From Vicugna vicugna (lineage: Eukaryota): a stretch of DNA of 64,000 bases. Shown piece by piece: positions 1-12,231 of this stretch. Numbering within the stretch: the stretch's first letter is position 1; each line of letters starts with the position of its first letter. The notes under the pieces are model-generated. The model ran no database searches. It saw only the letters and a program-made list of their open reading frames with translations, and was not told where the DNA came from. The stretch covers positions 3,331,037-3,395,036 of the forward strand of contig MU058463.1 of assembly GCA_013265495.1 (NCBI GenBank), in the 5' to 3' direction. Both the position numbers and the translations under genes were made by a program.

Positions 1-525
1 TGTATTAACATTCTAAAAGACTTTGGTCCAATGTTAACATATTATTTTCTCATAAATTCTGTCATACTTGGTAATGACAAAGAAAGTCTATTATTAGGGC
101 CAAATTTAAAGACAAAGGAGCCCAATAACACAACAACAAAAAAACAATAATTACAGAGTTTAACAAGAACCACTCTCTGCAAGTTCAAAAAAGCATTAAA
201 AGTTAACACTCAATTAGTGATTAAAGGGAAAATAATGTGTGTGTTACAAGGACCCCTCATGTGACTCCAGCCTCTTGTCCATCTGGTTTCCTGAGGAAGC
301 AATTACAATATGAACTGCCCTAATGCTATCTGGCCATATCAGAAGCTGGGAAGCCTTGTGAAAATTCCAAATGTGCCTCTAATATAATCACTATCTGGGT
401 TGCAATTACACTGAGGCTTGCTATCTGTTAGAACCTTTATATCTTGGATTCCCTTGGTAATTATACAGTAGCTTCCATTTAGAAATTGACTCCTCCCTTT
501 GAGTTTACTTACACCAAAAGCAGTA

Positions 526-1026
526 CAGTCGGCCCTTCATATCCATGGGTCCTGCATGCACAGATTGATCCAACTGCATATAAAAAAAATCTGAAAAATA
601 AAATTCCAGACAGTTCCAAAAAGCAAAATTTGAATTTTCCACACACTGACAACTATTTACATAGTATTTACAACTATTTATACAGAATTTACATTGTCTT
701 GGTTATTATAAGTAATCTAGAGATGATTTAAAGTGAATGGGAAAAATTTAATAACATCTGCCACCTAGAAAGCTCATAGAACATGTGCATTTTGGGTTCA
801 TTTTCAGTTTTTGTTGTTACTCCTTTTCTTAATGAAAATGAGCATTCCTTTTCTGTTTAAAAAAAAATTAAATAAAAAATTAAGTATATGGGAGGATGTG
901 TGTAGGTTATATGCAAATACTATGCCATTTTATGTAAGGGATTTCAGCATCCAGGTATATTGGTATTGAGGGTGCTGTGGAGGACACTGGAACGAATCTC
1001 CCCTCCCCCATATCAAGGGACAGCTG
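526..1026. mobile_element. MER2/Tigger-type (TcMar) non-autonomous DNA transposon, interrupted by an insert at 735-881
   Basis: Imperfect terminal inverted repeats (CAGTCGGCCCT... / ...AGGGACAGCTG) flanked by TA on both sides (524-525, 1027-1028). Internal TATAAGTAATCTAGAGATGATTTAAAGT...GGGAGGATGTGTGTAGGTTATATGCAAATAC matches the MER2 consensus as I recall it. Confidence 0.85.
735..881 (+). mobile_element. Short orphan retroposed insert with A-rich tail
   Basis: Splits the MER2 motif GATTTAAAGT|ATA. AAGT is duplicated (731-734, 882-885), the A-rich tail spans 859-879, and AATGAA lies at 831-836. Confidence 0.7.
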
Positions 1027-1578
1027 TACTCAGTAGTACTAAGGCTGGAAGCATTGGGGAGTTCCCACAGCCATTAAAAGCATCCTAGCCTATACTCAAG
1101 CCTAGAGACATCTTATCTCCCAGTAAAGCTCCTAACTTTCCCTCCTCTACACTTTTGGAAGCACAACGCCTGGTGTTTACTTTTCCCACCCTTGAAGCCT
1201 AGAAACCATCTCAGAAATATTAAGGAGATAAGAGTACCTATAAAAGCTCTTAAGATACTCTTAAATTTACAGCAAACAATGGACTATTTACTTGCCTTAT
1301 CTGAGGATGGGTGTTCCCTTTAGTTCATTAGAGGAAAGCCTGGGGCAGAGGAAATTTGCACAAGGGACTCTGGGCTTCCCAAATCTCCTAGGAAGTGGCC
1401 AGACATTCAGGGCACCAGCCCCTCTGACCTCTGCCAGTCCAGCCAGATTCTAAACATGACATATTGTTTCAAACAAAAACCCTCCCTCTTTTTTATTGAA
1501 ACTACAAAAATGTTTTTATAACTAAAGACAAATGTAGGTGGATCAGGTAGATGCAAAAAGACTACTGCATCGATCAGG

Positions 1579-2033
1579 TGTGAAAATGAAGACTTTCAAA
1601 CAGAATACGCTGAGGCTGTTTATTTGTAGCTTGCTATAGCAAGGAAGTCAGCCACCATCACTTGTGTTTGGCAGAGACTCAAGAGATAGGCAGGCAGGGG
1701 GCAGGGAAAGTTTTCTGATTAAAAAAACAAATGTTTCAAGTATACTTTGCAAGTTTTTGAAATCGGGAAACTGGAAGTGGGCCAACTAGAAGCTGGGCAT
1801 CCTATGTGATTAGTTTGGGGAGCATATTTGGCTTTTTCTGGTTGATCTTGAGATTTATGAAAGTAGTGACAAAAATTCAGGAAGCTGGCCTTTATTGAGC
1901 AAGTCCTAGCTGTCTGGGGCCAATTGCAGCAGAAGCTGTGGTTTGGTTTCCTGGGCTGGTCGTAGAGGTCATGCGTCAGAGATCTAGTCTATGTGCAGTC
2001 TGGCCATTATCTGTTTGTAAATTCAGACTCTCA
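1579..2033 (-). mobile_element. Solo LTR, ERV1 class
   Basis: TG...CA termini, 4-bp TSD CAGG (1575-1578, 2034-2037), minus-strand AATAAA at 1619-1624, length 455 bp. Confidence 0.7.
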
Positions 2034-2574
2034 CAGGACTTTTGCTGTTATTCCTTTTTAAGTCATTTGAAAGTAAAATAGTGTCTAGCAAATCATCGGA
2101 AACTTAAGAGTAGAAACAAACTAAATTGTCTCTGGATATTATCTCTAGAACCCAGCACAGTGTCAGCCCTCAGGACGCTCTTCTCATTTAAAATATCCAC
2201 TTTAAAAAGAAATTTTAAAATCACTACCACATAGTCATTAAAAACCAGAAGTTGCCAATGTCCTTAAACTTAGAAGTCATTAACGGTAAACATTATTAAT
2301 ATTTTCCTCTTTTAGCATGAATTTGCTCTGTAGCCACTGGTAATTGGATGCTTTTCTTTCTCTACAAATGTTAGTGAGTGAATAGCACAATTTTTTCGCT
2401 GAGTGTAGTGTTAGTGTATCTTGCTCATTGTCCTTGCCCTCCAAATTCTAGTTCCATCATTCCACTATCACCTCAGTAAAGATGTGCCCAAGCAGCATCC
2501 TTTTCACTCCCAATTAGGCAAATTCATTAGGTTCAATCTCTATGTTACTGATTTTGATATATATTCCTAATATT

Positions 2575-2638
2575 ATATATATATATATATATAAGTTATA
2601 TATATATATATAAAAGTTATATATATATATATAACTTT
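2575..2638. repeat. Interrupted (TA)n microsatellite containing a perfect 26-bp palindrome (2613-2638)
   Basis: Three (TA)n runs separated by AGT/AAAGT. AAAGTTATATATATATATATAACTTT is self-complementary. Confidence 0.95.
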
Positions 2639-3489
2639 ACAGGTACTAACTCTTATGTTTCAATTGCCTCCATATTATTGTCTATGTCCAAATCATCTCT
2701 GTGCTCCTACCACTTGTCAGAGTATATGGAACATGTGGAATGAATGATCAAATGAATCCAGCAAGTCAAGTAAACTTTTATAAAGTTTGAGTTCTGATAG
2801 TCAACCTGGAGATTGATTGAGATGAAACTTGTGGGACCATATCACAGGATACCAATACAATAGGACGCAAAATGTGAAACAAAGAGTTTACGTTATTTAT
2901 TCATTTATTCAACAAATATTATTAAGACTGATTTTATTTTAGCCACTCTGCTAGGAAATGGGAAAATATTAGTAAACAAAATACAGGTGAATTATATCTA
3001 GAAAAATCTCTTCTTGAAAAGATCTTCCTTCCATCTCTGGCTACAGAGTTCCATTTCCATGAATCTGATAGTGAACCAAGACCAGGTGGATGACAACATG
3101 TTTAAATTCCCATACTGTATTTTTTTCGCTTCTTCAATATCTACAGCGTGTAGACATGAACCCAGTGAACATTCAGTCAATGCATACTGAATTGGATTTT
3201 TATCGCTGTTTGTCCAGTAAAGTTACTCCAACATCATGACCATCCAAGGCTTAGAAGATGGCTACTTTTTCTCTCCTTCCTTGGCTCACACCAACTCAAG
3301 TCTAGACAATTGTTTTGGTTTTCTTGGTATGCAACGCTGTGAGTAAAAGGACTCGTAGTGTCAAACCTATTGGCTAAAATAAGGCAGGGAAGGACACAAA
3401 ATATAATAACACTAGAAAATATTGCAGGAGTGAAGACTATACTTACCACTTACAAAACAGCCTGGCATTAGGGATACAATGTCTAACTT

Positions 3490-3600
3490 TAGAACCAGGG
3501 TTGCAGTTCTTACCTCTCTCTTATATAATGGTGTGATCTTGGATAAGACATTTCAGCTTCCTGGGTTTTAATGTCCTCATCTGTAATAGGCAAAGATTAG
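3490..3600 (+). mobile_element. MIR SINE fragment
   Basis: Core-like TGTGATCTTGGATAAGACATTTCAGCTTCCTGGG...TCCTCATCTGTAA. Confidence 0.55.
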
Positions 3601-4171
3601 AAAAGGTTAATTTAAAATCAATAGTATTATTCTAGGCAAAAATCTGGCCAAAGCATCTAGACTATCTCAGTTCCGTAGGCCTGATAGTTATCCTAGTGTT
3701 TAATAGTCCTCCTCAAGGCAGTTCTAACTTCTGCATGTTCCCAAGCAGGGTATTGAAGCGTAACAAGAGTTTTTCCTGGGATCCACATGGTCAAGATATT
3801 AGCCTTGTTGTTTATTCCCACCCTGATTCTTCTCATAGTATGCTGTCTTCCTTCCCCTCCCATCCAGAAATAAATGAGGAAAGAATGAGGATAAAATGTA
3901 GCAATGATTTTGAGGCAAATAATGTTCTTTTCCCATTTCAAGAAAAAGGCTCTTTCAATTCAGTCTTTCGTGTTTCTTTACCTGTCACTGACTTTTTCTT
4001 CCTAAATTTTAGGTATAGTTTCACTTTTACAGATGAAAGCATGAGCCTCCAAATTCATGATTTTTGACTTAAATGAACAACAACCTGGCTTCTGTAAGTT
4101 TAAACATATAATCTGTCCAGATGCTCCAAAAGTCTCACATACACACATATCTCCTAATTCCATCCCTACTA

Positions 4172-4185
4172 ATATATATATATAC

Positions 4186-4216
<31 letters not shown>

Positions 4217-4241
4217 TATATATACACACACCTATATATAT
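4172..4241. repeat. Compound (TA)n/(CA)n microsatellite
   Basis: Read directly from the sequence. Confidence 0.95.
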
Positions 4242-4881
4242 TATACACTTTTAAAATACACAGTGAATACTTAAGGGTTGATCCTTAAGATAAGGAAAGG
4301 AGGATTATTTCTTTACTTCTTAGCCCATTATATGGCTTGCACCTCTTCTTACTCCCTTGTTGTCTGGTCAATATTTTTTCCATAGCACATGCCATAATTC
4401 CTAGCTCCCCTAGCAGACTACAAGCTTTGTAGGGTAGGCTCTGTGTTTTACTGATATTAGATCCATCACCTAACATATAATTTGACTTGTTGAATAAACA
4501 ACTGAATAGATGGATGAATATGCGATCCGTCCTAACAACAAGGGCTTTTAAGAATATTTCTATAATTGAACTGTCACTGTAAATTCATATCTATATGTAA
4601 ATGATGGGTGGGACCATCGGGCAACTTGGAATTTAAAACAGAATTGCTGTGTAACTTCTCATTTGGATTCAGGGAAAGTAAAGTGCTAGGAATTGAGAGA
4701 AAGAGACAGACATAAGTCTTCCCTCATCATCAAGGCAACAAAACTTCAGCTTTGTTCACTACAAAATGGCAGAGAGGTTGCCTTCAGTCATGACCTCAGC
4801 TACCTGGTTTTAGAATAATCGGAGAATGACAGAAAAATATGAGTCTCAGTTCATATTTCAGAGTCTCTTAAAAAAAGGCAA

Positions 4882-5637
4882 TCCCTCACACCATACACAA
4901 AAATAAACTCAAAATGGCTTAAAGGCTTAAATGTAAGACAAGACATAATAAGTCTCCTAGAAAAAAACAAAGGCAAAACATTGTCTGACATAAATCTTAG
5001 CAATGTTCTCCTAGGGCTGTTTACCCAGGCAATAGATATAAAAGCAAAAATAAACAAATGGGACCTAATTAAACTTACAAACTTTTGCAGAGCAAAGGAA
5101 ACCATAAGCAAAAAAAAAGACAACCTATGGAATGGAAGAAAATATTTGCAAATCATGTGACTGACAAAGGTTTAATTTCCAGAATATATAAACAGCTCAT
5201 ACAACTTAATAACAAAAAAACAAACAACCCAATCCAAAACTGGGCAGAAGACCTAAACAAGCAATTCTCCAATGAAGACATACACATGGTCAATAGGCAT
5301 ATGAAAAAATGCTCAATACTGTTAATTATCAGAGAAATGCAAATCAAGACTACAATGAGGTATCATCTCACACCAGTCAGAATGGCCATCATTCAAAAAT
5401 CCACAAAAGATAAATGCTGGAGAGACTGTGGAGAAAAGGGAACCCTCCTACGCTGTTAGAATGTAGTTTGGTGCAGCCATAATGGAAAACAGTATGGAAA
5501 TTCCTCAAAAAACTAAAAATAGAATTAGATCCAACAATCCCACTCCTGGGCATATATCTGGAGGGAACTCTAATTCGAAAAGATACACGTACCCCGATGT
5601 ACACAGCAGCACTATTTACAATAGGCAAGACATGGAA
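4882..5637 (+). mobile_element. L1 ORF2 3' fragment (copy D), truncated at both ends, older subfamily than A and C
   Basis: Translates to L1 ORF2 C-terminal motifs ([48 protein letters not shown]). No 3'UTR, poly(A) or TSD found. Confidence 0.9.
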
Positions 5638-6768
5638 ATGAGGCTGAGGTCCACCTCCAAGGTAACAGCAGGGGGAGCTATGCTGACCTACTGTCCAGCA
5701 AAACAAGCAAAGCCTGTGAACTGTATTTTGAGAACAAAAACAAGGAACAAAAATTTAGTCTCTGGAAATTGTCCTAATGGCATACAGCAAATGAAGAAAC
5801 ATTTATTCAGGAAAACCTACTATAACTTGGTAAGAACACTGAGTCAGTGCATTTGAGCCACAGCCTGCTCTCTCCATCACTAAAGGAGAATTAATAAAAT
5901 GGCCAAATTTAGGCCAAAAAACCAAACGACCAGAGGCTAACTGCTCCAGCGTATCCTAGTATAGGGCTGAGAGATTTTTCCCAGGTGGAGAGGCAGTTTT
6001 TAAGAAAAGAGACCTCTGACTCTTTCCCCAAAAGAACTGACTGTATTTGAAATAGAGTTTGATGAAGTTCAAGCCTAAGGATGTTGGCGTTCCTGAAAAC
6101 AATAGCTCCTCTTAATTAGGAGTAAAAAGCGTAACCACAGGCCAGTTAGCTCACTAGAGAGAAACAGAGAAAGAGATAACTAAGAAGTACCCTCCTGAGT
6201 ACCAAAGATAAAGACTGTTCTCAAAAGAATACTCCTGCCTGAATTTAATTGGATCAGACTACAGAGCTATTTGTGCCTCAGGACACCGTCAAAACCAGTA
6301 GAGTAATCAGCTAGCAATTAGTGGAATCTCACAGGTGGGTGTGATACCAAATGAGGCAGAATGATCAGGAAGGGGACACCCAAAGGGAATCCTGCCAGAA
6401 CCACTGTCATCCCCGATAACTGTGTGCACGCCCATGGCTGCGCCCTCTCAGGCACAGACGGTTTCACACCGCAGGGGAGGTAAACGCCACTAAAACAGTC
6501 TAGCATGTCACTAGACAAAGAAATAAGCAAATAACAGTAAAAACAGGCCTCAGAGCAGGGGAGGGGAATCATTAGTGCTTGCCTAGAGTTGGAGGTAGGA
6601 AGATGGGGAGGTGATCAGGATCAGGAGGGTGGGGTTTCTTCTTAGACTGATGCAAATGTTCTCAGGTTGACTGCGGTCCTGGCTGCACAACTGAAAATAT
6701 ATTAAAAGCCACAGGTGCATTAAGTGGTAAGTGAGTTATATTTCAAAACAGATTTTTTTTAAAAAAAG
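5638..6768 (+). mobile_element. Ancient L1M relic: 5'-region-like sequence (to ~6570) joined to an L1M 3'-end ending in an A tract
   Basis: 6571-6768 resembles old L1M 3' ends (GGGGTTTCTT...GATGCAAATGTTCTC...GGCTGCACAACT...TATATTAAAAGCCAC). The upstream part resembles L1M 5' sequences from recall only. Confidence 0.5.
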
Positions 6769-7549
6769 ACTCTATGGTAATTTTTAGGCATAGGAAATGA
6801 CAGTCCTTGCTCAAATACGTTATTTAGACAGGCAAGTGAAAGAAATATTTTTCAGCCAAAGAGAAAATTGTAGACTCGCCTGGGTTTATTCAAATTGTTT
6901 GGCAGGGGACCTGTGGGAACTGGTTTCTGGGTTGATGTCCAGCCAGCATTTCCAGTGACCGGCAGCAGTGATGTCAGGGTGGCACGTCATTTGTCATGTT
7001 TGTTACTGGCTGAAATAAACACACCTGCCTGTGGGCCATGCACGGGATACGTGATATCTTCCCAAACAGGCTGTGTTAAGCACTCTACAATCCTGTGTAT
7101 TTTATCACTAATCTCCTATTGACCTTATGCCTGTGAGCATCAGACCACTGAGGAAAGTGAAAGATAACTAGATACGTGAATCTAATTAGAAAGCTCCATG
7201 TCCTCCTCTTTGCTTAAAGAGCTTACAATTTTCGGGTGATGTTCAGTTTTTTATGACGACTTTTGGGTTTGTTATCTAGACATTTTCTTTAACTCTTCAT
7301 TCATTTGCTTTCTCAAAATAAAAATCTGTCTAATTCCTAAGTTTTGATATGGCTGAGTCAAACAGCCTTAGAGAAGTTCATTCTAACTTGAAAAGGAGTT
7401 TTTGCAGTCAGCTCCTGTTACTTAATTAGCATTGACTGAGGAAAGCCATTCCTCTGCAAAGAAACTTCTACTCTGTGACTTTCAGTGTGGCATGGAGGGG
7501 GCATATTTAGGAGGAAAAGGTTATCAACTTAGACAGCCAAATCAGTAAA

Positions 7550-7665
7550 ACTCATTGAGCTGATATGTATTCAGTCATCCGGCATCACTAATTCAATACG
7601 TGCCACGTACAGTGGTGGCGCTTAGGGACATGACAGTGCCTAAAACAGGCGTGGCGCCTACACTC
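7550..7665 (-). mobile_element. L2 3'-end fragment
   Basis: Resembles the reverse L2 tail (ATTGAG...TGTGCCAGGCACTGTG...GGGACA...AAAACAG). Confidence 0.4.
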
Positions 7666-8779
7666 GGGAAGGGCACCTCCAGGGGCCTTGGCCCTGTGGT
7701 CCACTCAAACTGGCAACCTGACCAGATGTCTGTGCTGCGGACTGTTGTTTCTATGCCTATCCAGTTTGCTTCTCTTGGCCTCAGAGAGAGGGAATATCCC
7801 AAGTCTTTGTATTCAGAGGAAGGTTCACCCTCATTTCCCTGTGTGTCTGTCCAAAAGAGGCCAGAGAAATGAAGTAATGGATTATAGATGTTTACACAAT
7901 CTTGACAGATAGCCTACATTATGATGCAAAATTACCAACAAGTTTGCTGTGCTTAACTTTAGGCTATGTGTGAAACTGAACTATAGCAACAAAAGCTTTT
8001 TCCTTATGCACCATTTCCCAATTCTTAAAGCACTTCTATCGCTGATCGTCATGAAATGAATCGTCACATTTAAAAATTATTGACAAGAGGTTGTTACTTT
8101 TCAAAGAATTCCAGGAAGACAAGAGTTTCAGAGTAAGATGTAACTTACAAAGGGATTGGGGAAAAAAAATTCAGTGAAGTAGAGGAAGGCAAATCGGTCT
8201 CATTGACAGGGTAGTAAGATTAATAATGAATGTATTTCTCTTAACAATTCTCAAGCTGATTCTTGTGAAAAATAAGAAGTCAAAAATTACCGATAATCAC
8301 TCGAGAGACATCCAAGCTATCAAAAACTGGAGGCAAAAAAACCCCAAAAGACTCTCCACGCTGTTGTTGGACGTTCACATGACTCCCTTGCTCTCACTGT
8401 GGACTCATCTTTTAGGCCAAACTCAGGTGAGGGCTTCCAGGCCCTACGGATGTTACATCAGTTTCTCTGGGGGCGGTGTCTCTCTCCTTAAGCCCTGCCT
8501 AGTCACCAGTGCACTTCAACTTTAAAACATCTTTAGGATTTGTTTCTCTGTTTTTAACACTGAAAAAACTTTTAAAATATCGTTTTTCTTTTTTTTTAAA
8601 TCCATGTAATACTTCCGCTCAATTTTTAAAATAAGTTTATATAGTACTGAGAAGTATATAGAACAGCCCAGTTCAACAGGAACATGTAATATACATGGTC
8701 CTATTAAGGACTTACCCATCAATTTATTAAATGCTTTGTGGTTTGTTTGGTTTTTTTTAAACATGACAGGTGAATTTTT

Positions 8780-9340
8780 TTGTCCAATGCATTTCTTCCA
8801 TCTATGAAAAACAGAATTGCCCATAAGATTTTGTTTTATCATAACTCTGTTAATGTGTAAGATTTTATTCATGGATTTTCCAATATTTAACCAGTCTTTA
8901 ATTCCTAGAATAAAACCTACTTGGTAAGAATGTTTTAAGTTTTTAATGCATTATTGAATTCTATTTGCTTGTAATTGATCTAAGATTTTTACTCAGGTAT
9001 TAACAGGTGCGAGTCTGCATTTTCCTCTTTTTGGTGGAATCTGTCAAGTTTGGGGGGAAAAAAAATCTTTTACTCACTTCATAAAATAAATGCAAAAGTT
9101 TTACCTCTCCCTGCAATGGAATAATTAAGGAGCATTGAGATTATATGATTTTTAAGGAGTACTTTCGAGGATGAAGCAAGTCGTAGGTGAAGCCTGGTGT
9201 ATTTTAACTACTTTCCCTTTTATTCCATGGCAATTGGTCTCTTTAGATTTTTTTCTCTCTGCTGGGGTCATTTTGAGTCAGAAGTACTTTCCTATAAAAT
9301 TATCCATCTTATCTAAGTTTTAAAAGAAACTTACCTAGAG
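8780..9340 (-). mobile_element. Ancient L1M ORF2 (RT region) fragment
   Basis: AACCAGTCTTTAATTCCTAGAATAAAACCTACTTGGT...GAATTCTATTTGCT is the antisense of the L1 'IQQ...DQVGFIPG.QGWFNI' region. Confidence 0.6.
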
Positions 9341-12122
9341 TTTTTTATTTAATCATACTCTGAACAACATTGAGCACGGACAAGTATTACTCTTGGTATT
9401 TCGGTAGTACCACCAGGGCTATAGTCATCTCAGCATAGCTGCTATTTTTTAAATTACTGGTTTTATATTCTTAGTCTTAATATATTGTACTTTAAATTTT
9501 ACTATTTTGTGTAAAACTAACTAAATTTGCTCAAAAACGTTCCATTAATTGGCAGATTGCCAGCTTACAGATGGATGTGCATTTTACTTTGAACATTTTT
9601 TTATTGTAAAGGAATCTCATAAAATACCTGCTAGAAATCTTTTCCCTCTTTTTCGGTGAAGTGTACTTTGGCATATGAAGCAAGAGGAGACTTGGGTAGC
9701 CATGCAAAATTTAGCATCTCTCTCTTCTAATTCCAAGTTGCACTGAAACATTGCTTTCTAGATCTTGGTAAGTCTTTGTGACAATGACAAAGGAATTTAT
9801 ACTCCTGGTTTCTCACTCCTCCTTTATTATTCCCTGAACCTTCATAGCTTCACCCTTTTTCTCTTCCATCTGAAAATGACCTGCCTTTGTCTAACTACTA
9901 TGAATAGTTCCCCAACATTTTCAAAGTCTCTCTCTCTTTCTCTCTCCTACATAACTCAAGTTTAAAATATTACTTCTAACAAAAGATGCTACATTTATTA
10001 AATATTAAAGTTACATTTTTTTCATCCATGCTGTCAATTTTTTCATGATTGTAGATCTAAGGAAATACTCCTTTAGGAAAGCTTACAATACATATTCCAT
10101 TTCCATTTCATTTGCTGATATTTTTTAAATGTTCCTTTATATTTTGAAGACTCTAGGTCTAGGGATGTTATGCTGGGAATCAACATCGTAAAACACCCCC
10201 TTTTCATGTCTTCCCGACAAGAGGAAGACAGGATCTTGAAGTAGCGGTTTCTAGAGAATGTGGAAATAGCATATTTCATTATGTAAATAGATTGTTCCTG
10301 TACTGGCCTGCATTATGATCAGACATTTGCTAATTACACCAAAGAGCAAGACTACAAAGACCAATTTACATTCTGTGTGTGGTGGTGTTGATTTGTTTCT
10401 CGGAACCAAAACAAGATAAAAGGTTGCAAAGATTTAATCATGCAGGTCATTGCCTTGCCTTCAGCCAGTGAGTGTCAGAGTCTGGGGTCCATCAGCCCCT
10501 CAGTAAAGTACTGGTGGCCCTGGGGAAGACTTCCAAGATCCCCTTAGCACAGACTCGGGGCTTGGGTTTCTTCCTTAGCCACCAATTGACACTTTGCTCA
10601 ATATAGTAAGAAATTAAGTGAACCCAGCTGCGGGACTCCTGATTAACTGCCTCTTTCCTGTGCTCTGTCCACTTCTTCCACCATGTTTAAATAACCACTT
10701 TTCTTCTTTGAAGTACATTCTTAGTGAGATTAATTTCCTTGCTTATTCAAAGTTCTATCTCACATTGTGTGTGCACATGTGTGTTTGTGTGTGCACGTGT
10801 GTGACTTACCCACAGACTTCATTAAAACTCAGTTGTCAAGGGACAATGGGTTGCATCCTAAAGCAGGAGCCATGGTACCTGAACTCTGCTTCTTAATTTG
10901 GTTCTTAATGGCTGAATGGTCTTAAACAACCTCTTTTGCTTTGTCTTCATATTTAAAAAATAAGGTTAACAACAGATATTTTACAGGAATATTGCAATTA
11001 ACAGTATACATGAAAATATTCATAAAAAACTAAAAAACCATATGTGAAGGTAAAATGCAAGCAGACCTCAAAAAGATGAAAAGGGTAATAATTAAACATG
11101 GAAAATTAAATTTAGTGAAAAATACTTATTTAAAAGATTTCAGTACTGTTCTGTGGCAAATCCAGCATCCATAGCAATTAAAAATAAGCATACTAAATTT
11201 CTAACAGAGTCTAAATATCACTAGTTATTTCATGTTTATTTTCAAAATTATTTATGAATGACAGGCAACTATGAGATTTTGTGGATAGTTTTTTTTTGTA
11301 GCTGCCTTTCAAGTAGTCATTTACTTAAGACAAAAATTTCATGCAAGTAGCCATGAACACTGATAATTTTTTAAAATCTATATTTACTGGAAAGTTATTT
11401 CATTGGTTACCCCAGAGTTATCTTTACTTTTGAGTTTCCAAGTTTATTTTGAAATCTCTCCCATTTAGGCAGAACACTTTGACTTTTATATAGTCACAAT
11501 TCAAACAATATAATCCCCTTCTTACTTCCACAAAAAGTCTATTCGATATTTTTCCTCTCATATTTTTGGTTGTAGTTGGTGTATTTGAATATTTATAAAA
11601 CCGACCAATTGATTTCCAGGCCAACCTCACCTATCATAGCAATTTAGGACCAGGACACCCCACATCTGCTCATTTGGCACTGGCCGGTGACCCACACAGC
11701 CTGTGGCTTGACCTATTCTGTTTTAATCTTCCCAAGCACATATTTCAGATGTCCCGAGTTGGGACCACTTTCTCTTGCCTTGTTTCATCGACTGACTGAA
11801 ATGCTTAACTGGTCAATACAGGGTTTTGCATTTTCTTATAGCTCAGTGTGTGAGGTTGAAGGGCAGTTTATGGAACACAAGGTACATAGACTCTTTTTCC
11901 TAAGCTTGATTCCATTTCAACCTCATAATATCTGGTGGCATTAGATGGGGGAAGAGAGTGAGGGACAGTCTAGCTGTAATCTCTGAGTGCCTCCCTCCTC
12001 GCAATCTTTGATTTGGATAAATTGATGCTTTTCTATATTGTATGAAAAGTGTGATACAAAAAATAGCTTTGAGCCCTCCTTTTCAGAAACTGTGGAGCAG
12101 CCACTGTGTTTAGGATGCCTGG

Positions 12123-12231
12123 TGGGGAGGGTATAGCTCACTATGCATGAGGTCCTGGATCCAATCCCCAGTACTTCCTCCAAAATAAAGTAAACAAGCA
12201 AACCTAATTACCTCCCCTCACCCCAAAAAAA
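12123..12231 (+). mobile_element. Camelid tRNA-derived SINE (Vic-1/SINE_Vpa-like), internally shortened
   Basis: GGGGAGGGTATAGCTCA head, B-box-like GGATCCAATCCCC, AAACCTAATTACCTCCCC tail plus A run. TSD GATGCCTGG at 12114-12122 and 12232-12240. Confidence 0.85.

Noticed and set aside
650..691. Imperfect 21-bp tandem duplication inside MER2
   Set aside because: It is probably a subfamily feature or simple slippage.
12123..12180. tRNA-like sequence
   Set aside because: It is a SINE head with a tail and TSD, and the cloverleaf is incomplete.
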